From Candidatus Methylomirabilia bacterium (GTDB lineage Bacteria; Methylomirabilota; Methylomirabilia; Rokubacteriales; CSP1-6): 14,384 nucleotides of DNA. The notes beneath the pieces were generated by a model. That model was not told where the DNA came from, made no database searches, and worked only from the letters and a program-made list of their open reading frames with translations. Positions 1 through 7,709 of this stretch are shown here, in pieces (the stretch's first letter is position 1; every line of letters begins with the position of its first letter). A program made the position numbers and the translations under genes. The stretch is taken from contig JBGQEL010000110.1 of assembly GCA_041496385.1 (NCBI GenBank), forward strand, positions 1-14,384. The letters are read 5' to 3'.

Positions 1-205
1 AGAACTCGCCGAGCTGCGCCGTCGCGACCTCGCGCAGCTTCTCGAGCATGTGCGCGACGTGCTCGGGCGGCGGCGCCGTGCCGTGGTGACGCCAGACCAC
101 CATCGGCACCGCGCACAGCTCACACTCGGCGATCCAGCAGATCTCGTCCTCGTGGTACCAGGGCGTGATCCGCTGCGCCCGGCAGAGATCGCAGCGCGGC
201 TCTAG
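1..205 (-). CDS. Small Cys-rich protein, probably HIT-like/Zn-binding; 3' end outside the window, start codon unresolved
   Basis: Not in the ORF track. Manual translation of the - strand from 205 gives LEPRCDLCRAQRITPWYHEDEICWIAECELCAVPMVVWRHHGTAPPPEHVAHMLEKLREVATAQLGEF with no stop before the edge. Third codon positions are almost all G/C from 202 down, and there are two CxxC motifs. The N-terminal CxxC followed by '(W/Y)xEDE' and a hydrophobic strand resembles HIT-family N-termini. The HxHxH motif would lie off-window. Confidence 0.7.
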
Positions 206-2286
206 GACTGGGTGAACCCCCGACCCTCGGCCACCAAGCGCTCCAGCAGGGGCGCCGGCGTCCAGAAGGCGTCGCCCGTCACGCGCTTGAATTCGAGCAT
301 GCGGTCGCGGAGCACCTTGAGCCCGACCTGGTCCGCCCAGAACATCGGGCCGCCGCGGTAGACCGGCCAGCCGTAGCCGTAGACCCAGATCACGTCGATG
401 TCGCTCGCGCGGATCGCGATCTTCTCCTCGAGGATCTTGGCGCCCTCGTTGACCATCGGATAGAGCAGGCGCGCGAGGATCTCGTCGTCGCCGATCGCGC
501 GCCGCGTGATCCCCATCTCGGTCGAGACCTCGACGATGATCTTCTCGACGTCGTGGTCCGGCGTGGCGGAGCGGTCGGCGCCGTACTTGTAGTAGCCAGA
601 GCCCGTCTTCTGGCCGAAGCGCCCCATCTCGCAGAGCTTGTCGGCCACGGCCGACTTCTCACCCTTGCCCTTGCGGATCCGCCACCCGACGTCGAGGCCG
701 GCGAGGTCGCCCATCGCGAACGGCCCCATCGGGAAGCCGAAGTCGTACAGGACGCGGTCCACCTGGTGCGGCAGCGCGCCCTCGAGGATGAGCTTCTCCG
801 CCTGCTTGCCGCGCTGGTGGAGCATGCGGTTGCCGACGAAGCCGTAGCAGACGCCCACGAGCACCGGCACCTTGTTGATCCGCCGGCCGACGGCCATGGC
901 GGTCGCGATGGTCGTCTTCGACGACTTGGCGCCGCGCACGTTCTCGAGGAGCCGCATGACGTTGGCCGGGCTGAAGAAGTGCGTGCCGATGACGCTCTCC
1001 GGCCGCGTCGTGGCCGAGGCGATCTCGTCGACGTCGAGCGTGGAGGTGTTGGTGGCCAGGACGGCGCCCGCCTTGCAGATCTTGTCGATCTTCGCGAATA
1101 CCTCTTTCTTGATCGCCATCTCCTCGAACACCGCCTCGATCACGATGTCGGCGCCGGCGATGGCGTCGAAGTCGGTGGTGCCGGTGATGAGGCCCATGCG
1201 CTTCTCGACGTCCTGGGGCGTGAGCCGGCCCCGGCTCGCCGTCGCCTCGTAGTTCTTGCGCACGACGCCGAGCCCGCGCTCGAGCGCGTCCCTGGCGACC
1301 TCGACCACGGTCACGGGGATCCCGGCGTTGGCGAAGTTCATCGCGATGCCGCCGCCCATCGTGCCGGCGCCCAGCACCGCCGCCGTCTTGATGTCCTTGG
1401 CGGGCGTGTCGGCCGGAACGTCCGGGATCTTCGCCGCCTCGCGCTCGGCGAAGAAGAAGTAGCGCTGGGCCTTGGACTCGGGCGAGGCCATGAGCTCCAG
1501 GAACAGCTCGCGCTCGCGCTTCATGCCCTCCACGAACGGCAGGCTCACCGCCGCCTCGACGGCCTTGATGCAGTTCTCGGGCGCCCGGAAGCCGCGCGTC
1601 TGCCGCGCGACGGACTTCCTGAACGCGGCGAAGACGTCGGGCTTGCCGCGCACGGCGGCGAGCTTCGCGTCGAGGTCGCGGATCTTCCGCAGCGGACGGC
1701 GCTCGTTCACGATCCGGTCGGCGAAGGCGACGCCCGCGGCGGTCAGGTCGCCCTCGACGATTTCGTCGATGAGACCGTGCGTCAGCGCCTCGTCCGCCCG
1801 GATCGGGTCGCCGCTCACGATCATCTGCAGCGCCTTCTCGACGCCGACCACGCGCGGCAACCGCTGCGTGCCGCCCGCGCCCGGCAGCAGGCCGAGCTTC
1901 ACCTCGGGTAGGCCGAAGCGCGCGCCCTTGTCGCCGATGCGGTAATGGCAGGCGAGCGTCACCTCGAGCCCGCCGCCGAGCGCGGTGCCGTGGATCGCGG
2001 CGACGACCGGCTTCGCCGAGCCCTCGATGAGATCGAGGACCTCGTGGAGGCCCGGCTCGCGCGGCGGCTTGCCGAACTCGGTGATGTCCGCGCCCGCGAT
2101 GAAGGTGCGCCCGGCGCAGACGATGACGATGGCCGCGATGCCGCCGTCGGCGCCCGCCTGCGTGACGCCGTCCCTCAGCCCCTGCCGCACGTGCTGGCTG
2201 AGCGCGTTCACGGGCGGGTTGTTGACGGTGATGATGGCGACGCGGCCGCGGCGGTCGAGGCTGACGGACTGGGTGAGTGCTGTCAT
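202..2286 (-). CDS. Bifunctional enoyl-CoA hydratase / 3-hydroxyacyl-CoA dehydrogenase (FadB/PimF-like fatty-acid oxidation alpha subunit), about 694 aa
   Basis: Crotonase motifs NPPVNAL, FIAGADI, GTALGGGLE, GLPEVKLGLLPGAGGTQRLPR. Rossmann motif VLGAGTMGGGIA, then IEAVFE, ATNTSTL, catalytic HFFSPANVMRLLE, GFVGNRML and GPFAMGDLAGLD. Start moved from 2358 to the ATG at 2286 (MTALTQ), which has AAGAGGAG 4 nt upstream. Confidence 0.95.
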   Translation of the reverse strand: MTALTQSVSLDRRGRVAIITVNNPPVNALSQHVRQGLRDGVTQAGADGGIAAIVIVCAGRTFIAGADITEFGKPPREPGLHEVLDLIEGSAKPVVAAIHGTALGGGLEVTLACHYRIGDKGARFGLPEVKLGLLPGAGGTQRLPRVVGVEKALQMIVSGDPIRADEALTHGLIDEIVEGDLTAAGVAFADRIVNERRPLRKIRDLDAKLAAVRGKPDVFAAFRKSVARQTRGFRAPENCIKAVEAAVSLPFVEGMKRERELFLELMASPESKAQRYFFFAEREAAKIPDVPADTPAKDIKTAAVLGAGTMGGGIAMNFANAGIPVTVVEVARDALERGLGVVRKNYEATASRGRLTPQDVEKRMGLITGTTDFDAIAGADIVIEAVFEEMAIKKEVFAKIDKICKAGAVLATNTSTLDVDEIASATTRPESVIGTHFFSPANVMRLLENVRGAKSSKTTIATAMAVGRRINKVPVLVGVCYGFVGNRMLHQRGKQAEKLILEGALPHQVDRVLYDFGFPMGPFAMGDLAGLDVGWRIRKGKGEKSAVADKLCEMGRFGQKTGSGYYKYGADRSATPDHDVEKIIVEVSTEMGITRRAIGDDEILARLLYPMVNEGAKILEEKIAIRASDIDVIWVYGYGWPVYRGGPMFWADQVGLKVLRDRMLEFKRVTGDAFWTPAPLLERLVAEGRGFTQS

Positions 2287-2323
2287 GACGCTCCTCTTGC
2301 TTTCTGGGTGGGTCGCGTCCGCA

Positions 2324-2329
2324 ATGATA
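2324..2329 (-). promoter_or_regulatory. Putative -10 element (TATCAT) for the fadB-like gene
   Basis: + strand atgata reads TATCAT on -, a 5/6 match to TATAAT in very GC-rich DNA, about 38 nt upstream of the ATG at 2286. Confidence 0.5.
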
Positions 2330-2340
2330 CCTCCGTTCGG

Positions 2341-2359
2341 TGCTATATTGCCGCCCATG
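2341..2359 (+). promoter_or_regulatory. Extended -10 promoter (TGcTATATT) 7 nt upstream of the ATG; probable leaderless transcript
   Basis: TG-C-TATATT at 2341-2349, then GCCGCCC, then ATG at 2357. No Shine-Dalgarno. Confidence 0.65.
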
Positions 2360-3871
2360 AAAATCGCCGAGAGCGTCGAGATCTACGACGTCGTGATCCG
2401 CGGCGCCACGGTCTACGACGGCACCGGCGCGCCCGGCGTGCGCGCCGACGTGGCCGTGCGCGGCGAGCGCGTCGCGTTGGTGGGCGACGTGCGCGGGCGC
2501 GGCCGGAGCGAGATCCAGGCGGGCGGGGCGGCCGTCGCGCCCGGCTTCATCGACGTTCACAGCCACGACGACTTCGCGGTGCTGCTGGAGCCCCAGATGC
2601 CCTTCAAGGTGATGCAGGGGGTCACGACGGACGTCGTCGGCAACTGCGGCTCCGGCGTCGTGCCGTTCGACGCGGGGCTCCGGCGGTTCCGGCGCCTGCA
2701 CGCGGACGCGAGCCCGGCGCCCTGGGACGGCTTCGCCGGCTACCTCGCGCGCGTGGACGAGACGCGGCCGAGCCTGAACGTCGCCGTGCTGATCGGCCAC
2801 GGCACGCTCCGCGCCGGCACGCTGGGGCTCGCGCAGCGGCCGCCCGACGCGGCCGAGCTGCGAGAGATGCAGCGCTGGGTGCGGGAGGGCGTCGCGGCGG
2901 GCGCCGTCGGGCTCTCGACGGGCCTCATCTACGAACCCGGGCGCTACGCGGCCACGGAGGAGATCGTCGCCCTGGCGCGCGAGCTCGGGGGCGCCGCCGG
3001 CGGCCTCTACGCCACGCACATGCGCAACGAGGCCGACGGGCTTCTCGATGCGGTGCGCGAGGCGATCAGGGTCGGCGAGGAGGGCGGCGTGCCCGTGCAG
3101 ATCTCTCACCACAAGGCGAGCGGGCGGAGCAACTGGGGGCGCGTTCGGGACTCACTCGGCCTGATCGAGGCCGCGCGCGCGCGCGGGCTCGACGTCACCG
3201 CCGACCAGTACCCCTACACGGCGGGCAGCACCTCGCTCGCCGCCGTCGTCCAGAACGGCGCCTTCCGCAGCGACAGCCCCGGCGGGCTCGGCGCGGTGAG
3301 CGCCGAGCAGGTGCTGATCGCCTCGGCGCCGCAGCACGCGGCCTGGGAGGGGCGCGCGCTGGCCGCCCTCGCGGAAGCGTGGGGCACGGACACGGAGGCC
3401 ACGGCCGCGCGCATCGTGGAGGGCGAGGGGGAGGCGTGCTTCGTGGTCGTCTTCATGATGGACGAGGCGGATGTGCGCACCGTGCTGGCACACCCGACGA
3501 CGATGATCGGCTCCGACGGCGTGCCCGCCGGCGGCAAGCCGCACCCGCGACTCTACGGCTGCTTCCCCCGAGTCCTCGGCCACTACGTGCGCGAGACGAA
3601 GGTCCTGGACCTGGCGACGGCCGTCCACCGCATGACCGGCATGCCGGCGGCGAAGTTCCGTCTCGAGGGGCGCGGCGTCGTCCGGGCGGGGGCCTACGCC
3701 GACCTGGTCGTGTTCGAGCCGGCGCGCATCGCCGACGTCGCGACGTACGAGGACCCGCGCCGCTTCCCCGACGGCATTCGCGCCGTGTTCGTCAACGGCG
3801 TCGCGGTCGCCCGCGACGGCGTCCACACCGGCGCGCGGCCCGGCCGCGCGCTGCGCCGCGCGGCGGCCTGA
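2357..3871 (+). CDS. N-acyl-D-amino-acid deacylase (D-aminoacylase family amidohydrolase), about 504 aa
   Basis: DVVIRGATVYDGTG, APGFIDVHSHDD (HxH), GVTTDVVGNCG (Cys ligand), GLSTGLIYEPG, HMRNE, QISHHK, DQYPYTAGST, IGSDG, PHPRLYGCFPRVLG, ADLVVF. The ORF-track extension to 1985 overlaps the fadB-like gene, so the start is placed at ATG 2357. Confidence 0.93.
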   Translation: MKIAESVEIYDVVIRGATVYDGTGAPGVRADVAVRGERVALVGDVRGRGRSEIQAGGAAVAPGFIDVHSHDDFAVLLEPQMPFKVMQGVTTDVVGNCGSGVVPFDAGLRRFRRLHADASPAPWDGFAGYLARVDETRPSLNVAVLIGHGTLRAGTLGLAQRPPDAAELREMQRWVREGVAAGAVGLSTGLIYEPGRYAATEEIVALARELGGAAGGLYATHMRNEADGLLDAVREAIRVGEEGGVPVQISHHKASGRSNWGRVRDSLGLIEAARARGLDVTADQYPYTAGSTSLAAVVQNGAFRSDSPGGLGAVSAEQVLIASAPQHAAWEGRALAALAEAWGTDTEATAARIVEGEGEACFVVVFMMDEADVRTVLAHPTTMIGSDGVPAGGKPHPRLYGCFPRVLGHYVRETKVLDLATAVHRMTGMPAAKFRLEGRGVVRAGAYADLVVFEPARIADVATYEDPRRFPDGIRAVFVNGVAVARDGVHTGARPGRALRRAAA

Positions 3872-3901
3872 GGCGCCCGCGCGCGAGAGGAGTCAGCCCG
3901 A

Positions 3902-5049
3902 ATGAAGATCGCCAGGGTGGAGTCGCTGCACGCCGACGCGGGTCAGCGCAACTTCGATTTCCTCAAGATCACGACCGACGATGGGCTGGTCGGGTGGAGC
4001 GAGTACAACGAGTCGTTCGGCGGCCTCGGCGTCTCCGCCGTCATCGACGGGCTCGCGCCACAGATCGTCGGGAAGGATCCGCGCGCCTGGGAGTCGCTCG
4101 TGACGCTCATGTACGCCGTGCGCCGGCAGGCGGCGGGCGGCATTGCGCAGCAGGCGATCGGCGCGATCGAGAACGCGCTGCTTGACCTCAAGGCCCGGGC
4201 CCTCGGCGTGCCGGTCTACGAGCTGCTCGGCGGACCCGTGCGCGACCGGATCCGGCTCTACTGGTCGCACTGCGGAACGTACCGCCTCCAGTGGTCGAAG
4301 GAGATGCAGATCCCGGCGCTCCGCACGCTCGACGACGTGAAGAAGGCGGGCCGGGACGTGGTCGAGCGAGGCTTCACCGCGCTCAAGACCAACGTCTTCG
4401 TCCTCGGCCGGGAGCCCTACCTCCATTCGCCGGGCTTCGCCCGGCGCGGGCCGGGGTACCCCGAGCTGAACGCCGAGCGCTACGTCCTGAAGGCCGTGCG
4501 CGAGGAGATGGCGGCGTTCCGCGAGGGCGCGGGGCCGGACGTGGACAGGAGGGCTTCCTGAAGGTGGCGCGCGCGCTCGAGCCCTTCGACATCTTCTGGG
4601 TCGAGATCGACACGCGCGACCCCAAGGCGCTCCACTACATCCGGAGCCGCGCGGCGATCCCCGTGGCCTCCTGCGAGTGCCTCTTCGGGCGCCGCGACTA
4701 TCGGCCGTACCTCGAGCAGCAGTCCGTCGACGTCGCGATCATCGACACGCCGTGGAACGGCGTCGCCGAGTCGGTGAAGATCGCCGCGATGGCGGACGCC
4801 TACGAGGTGAACGTGGCGCCGCACAACTTCTACGGCCACCTCGCGACCATGATGAACGCGCACTTCTGCGCCGTCGTCCCGAACTTGCGGATCATGGAGA
4901 TCGACCCGGACACCGTGCCCTGGTACGACGAGCTGGTCACCGTGAAGCCGACGATCAAGGACGGCTACCTCGAGCTGCCGACGGGCCCCGGCTGGGGCAC
5001 CGAGGTCAACGAGGCCGCCGTGCGTGCCCACCCGCCGAAGAAACGCTGA
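3902..5049 (+). pseudogene. Enolase-superfamily enzyme (mandelate racemase / acid-sugar dehydratase subgroup) disrupted by a frameshift at about 4547-4548; pseudogene or assembly error
   Basis: The N-half (3902-4561, SD GAGAGGAG upstream) has MKIARVE, LKITTDDGLVGWSE, AIENALLDLKARALGVPVYELLGG and GFTALKTN. The C-half, in the frame of ORF 4291-5049, has EGFLKVARALEPFDIFWVEID, PVASCECL, APHNFYG, IMEID and GYLELPTGPGWG. The frames switch at GTG GAC A|G GAG GGC. Confidence 0.88.
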
Positions 5050-6223
5050 CGGCGATGCCGGCGAGCACCAGCGCGCCGGCCAGGAGCCCGAAGAAGCGCT
5101 CGTACCCGCCGAGCGCCAGCGTCAGCAGCGAGGCGCCGACGGGCGCGACGGCGCGCGCGCCGTTGGACCCGAGCGCGATCGCGCCGCTGATCGACCCGTA
5201 GTGGCGCGGTCCGAAGACCTCGGCGATGAGCGTCGCGCGAGCGAGCGTGGCCATCCCGTTGGCGGCGCCGTACGTCACCACCATGGGCGCCAGGGTGGGG
5301 AGGCGCGTCGCGAGCGCCAGCTGGGCGATTCCCGCCGCCTGGGCCACGAAGATCGTCGCCGTGAGGGCGCGATAGCCCCAGCGCGCGGCGATGGGCGTGA
5401 AGAGGAGCCGTGAGACGAGCTGCATCGCGCCCATCCAGCCGATCATGAGGGCGGCGAGCGCCGGGGAATAGCCGCGGTCCGAGAGGTACGGGATCAGGTG
5501 CACGGTGACGGAGCTGGTGGCGAAGTTGCCGATGAGGAATGCGGCTCCAAGTATCCAGAAGATCGTGGTTCTGTAAGCCTCGCCGAGCGTCAGGCTCGCC
5601 CGGGGAGACTCGGCGTGGGGCTCGGGGCCCGGCCCCGGCCCGCCGGGAGGGCGCCGGAGAACCAGCGCGTGCAGGGGGATGGTGACCAGCCCCAGCAGGC
5701 CGGCCAGCGTGACGAGGGCGCCGCGCCAGCCGAGCCTGTCGATGAGCCAGGCCTCGAGCGGCATGAAGATCGTGCTCGCCAGGGCGCCGGCGACCGTCAC
5801 GGTCATGAGCGCTCGATCGCGGTGCCCCGTGCGGAACCAGCCGACGAGCGCGGCGAACGCGGGCTCGTACAGCGTGGCCGCGAGCGCCAGGCCCATCAGG
5901 GCCCAGACGGCGTAGAGCGCGGCGAGGCTCTCGACCCGCGACCAGGCCAGGAGGAGCGCCGCGGCGAGACAGGAGCCGAGCGTCATGAGCGCGCGCGCGC
6001 CGTGGCGATCGATCCAGCGCCCGACCGGGAGCGCGGCCAGCGCCGCCACGCCCATCCCCACGGAGAAGGCGCCCGTGACCTGCACGCGCGAGAAGCCGAG
6101 ATCGGCTTCCATGGGGCGCAACAGGACCGGGAAGCCGTAGTAGAGGATGCCCCACGAGACGGTCTCCGTGATGGAGAGTGCGCCGACGACGATCCAGCCG
6201 TAGGGGAGGCGTCCCGGGCCCAC
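5006..6223 (-). CDS. Major facilitator superfamily (MFS_1) transporter, about 405 aa
   Basis: About 12 hydrophobic segments, MFS motif A-like VGRWIDRHGAR, a Pro/Gly-rich central linker, and EVFGPRHYGSISG in the C-half. GTG start at 6223. Substrate unknown. Confidence 0.92.
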   Translation of the reverse strand: MGPGRLPYGWIVVGALSITETVSWGILYYGFPVLLRPMEADLGFSRVQVTGAFSVGMGVAALAALPVGRWIDRHGARALMTLGSCLAAALLLAWSRVESLAALYAVWALMGLALAATLYEPAFAALVGWFRTGHRDRALMTVTVAGALASTIFMPLEAWLIDRLGWRGALVTLAGLLGLVTIPLHALVLRRPPGGPGPGPEPHAESPRASLTLGEAYRTTIFWILGAAFLIGNFATSSVTVHLIPYLSDRGYSPALAALMIGWMGAMQLVSRLLFTPIAARWGYRALTATIFVAQAAGIAQLALATRLPTLAPMVVTYGAANGMATLARATLIAEVFGPRHYGSISGAIALGSNGARAVAPVGASLLTLALGGYERFFGLLAGALVLAGIAVSVSSAGGHARRPR

Positions 6224-6240
6224 GGAGACCTATTAGCGCA

Positions 6241-6258
6241 CACGATGGTAGGATCGTG
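6241..6258. promoter_or_regulatory. Palindrome CACGAT-N6-ATCGTG containing overlapping divergent -10 elements (putative bidirectional promoter/operator)
   Basis: + strand TG-G-TAGGAT at 6246-6254. - strand TACCAT at 6250-6245. The element sits in the 61-bp gap between the divergent MFS and hypothetical genes. Confidence 0.55.
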
Positions 6259-6284
6259 GCCGCGAAAGCGAAAGAGGAGGGACC

Positions 6285-6866
6285 ATGGCCGCGCCCGTAG
6301 ATCCGACCGACGTGCTGATGACCGGCGAGAACTCGTTCATCCGTCTGAGCCCGGACGGCGGCAAGACCCAGTCCGACCGCCTGAGCCACTGGCGTGTGCT
6401 CTGGTGCCCGGCGGGCAGCGGCCACGTGCTCTTCATGCAGAGCACGCTCACCGACGGCCAGACGCGCGTCTACTCCGACAACGTCGCCGTCGCCCGGTGG
6501 CTGCAGCGGACGATCGAGACGCTGCTCTTCCCGGCGTTCGCCGACACGGGCCTGCCGGTCCTGGGCGCGGAGTTCTCGCGGAGCGGCGGCGCGCAGTCCG
6601 CCGCGGTCGAGACGATCGTCTCGACCGCCGACCGGATCCGCATGACCTGGTGGGACTGCATCGAGCCGTTCGTGCTCACGGTGCCGCCCGGGTTCAACAA
6701 CCGGCCGATCGGCGTCTTCAGCACCTTCTTCCCGGCGAAGTCCGCGCAGGTGGAGATGAACGGGCGCGTCGCGACCGCCAAGCCGTTTCCCGAGATGCGC
6801 GGCGATCGCCAGGGGTCCAGCGCGTGCCTGGCGTGGTCGGAGACTTGGGTCAAGCCGCGGGTGTAG
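6285..6866 (+). CDS. Hypothetical protein, 193 aa, soluble and probably beta-rich
   Basis: Strong SD AAGAGGAGGG 3 nt before the ATG, G/C-rich third positions, and a globular composition rich in Trp, Cys and His. I recognise no family motif. Confidence 0.85.
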   Translation: MAAPVDPTDVLMTGENSFIRLSPDGGKTQSDRLSHWRVLWCPAGSGHVLFMQSTLTDGQTRVYSDNVAVARWLQRTIETLLFPAFADTGLPVLGAEFSRSGGAQSAAVETIVSTADRIRMTWWDCIEPFVLTVPPGFNNRPIGVFSTFFPAKSAQVEMNGRVATAKPFPEMRGDRQGSSACLAWSETWVKPRV

Positions 6867-7043
6867 CTCGGGGCTGGGCTCCATCTGGGCGCGCGATCTC
6901 CGTGGCACCGGCGGCGGGAACGGGTCTCATCGAGCCCTGCCGCACCCGCCCGCCCGCTGCGCCACGCGCGGCCGCGACTGTAGCGTCGATGCATTCGAAC
7001 GGATCTTATCGCCGCTCCGGGGCGGCTGGACTTTAGTGAAGGG

Positions 7044-7709
7044 ATGACGGAGTGGGTCGACGCGCTCGAGGTCGAGACGGCGCCGAAGCCCGGGGCGTGC
7101 GTGATCTGGCTGCACGGGCTCGGCGCCGACGGCCACGACTTCGAGCCGATCGTGCCCGTGCTCGATCTCCCGGACACGCCGGGCATCCGCTTCGTCTTCC
7201 CGCACGCGCCCATGCAATCGGTCACGATCAACGGCGGCATGGTCATGCGCGCCTGGTACGACGTCTACGGACTCGAGGGCGTGCGCCGCGAGGACGAGGC
7301 GGGCGTCCGGGCCTCGCAGGCGCGGGTCGAGACGCTGATCGCCCGCGAGAAGGCGCGCGGGATCCCGCCGGCGAAGCTCGTCCTCGCCGGGTTCTCGCAG
7401 GGCGGCGCGATCGCCCTGCAGACGGGCCTGCGCCACCCCGAGCGGCTCGCCGGGATCATGGCGCTCTCGACCTATCTCCCGCTCGCGGGCGCGCTCGCCG
7501 CCGAAGCGCACGCGGCGAACCGCGACGTGCCGATCTTCATGGCCCACGGCGCGCACGACCCGGTCATCCCCCTCAGCCGGGCCGCGCACGCGCGCGACCT
7601 GCTTGCCGGGCAGGGCTATCGGGTCGAGTGGCACGAGTACCCGATGGCGCACGCGGTCTGCGAGGCCGAGATCGCGGACATTTCCGCCTGGCTCCGCCGC
7701 GTGCTATAG
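7044..7709 (+). CDS. Carboxylesterase/phospholipase (Abhydrolase_2; carboxylesterase II / acyl-protein thioesterase-like)
   Basis: VIWLHGLGADG, RFVFPHAP, TINGGMVMRAWYD, nucleophile elbow AGFSQGG, HGAHDPVIP (Asp) and YPMAHAVC (His). Confidence 0.95.
   Translation: MTEWVDALEVETAPKPGACVIWLHGLGADGHDFEPIVPVLDLPDTPGIRFVFPHAPMQSVTINGGMVMRAWYDVYGLEGVRREDEAGVRASQARVETLIAREKARGIPPAKLVLAGFSQGGAIALQTGLRHPERLAGIMALSTYLPLAGALAAEAHAANRDVPIFMAHGAHDPVIPLSRAAHARDLLAGQGYRVEWHEYPMAHAVCEAEIADISAWLRRVL

Noticed and set aside
553..4185. Very long alternative-frame ORFs (553-1911 +, 659-3112 -, 1945-4185 +)
   Set aside because: They are Arg/Gly/Ala-rich or antisense shadows of motif-supported genes. Stop codons are scarce at this GC content and I see no recognisable domains.
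4547..4561. Programmed ribosomal frameshift at AGG AGG restoring a full-length enolase
   Set aside because: The required shift is -1, whereas tandem AGG is associated with +1 shifting. There is no slippery heptamer, and the joined product would still lack the strand-3 metal-ligand segment.
6903..6920. TGGCAC as a sigma-54 -24 element
   Set aside because: There is no TTGC-like -12 element at the required spacing.
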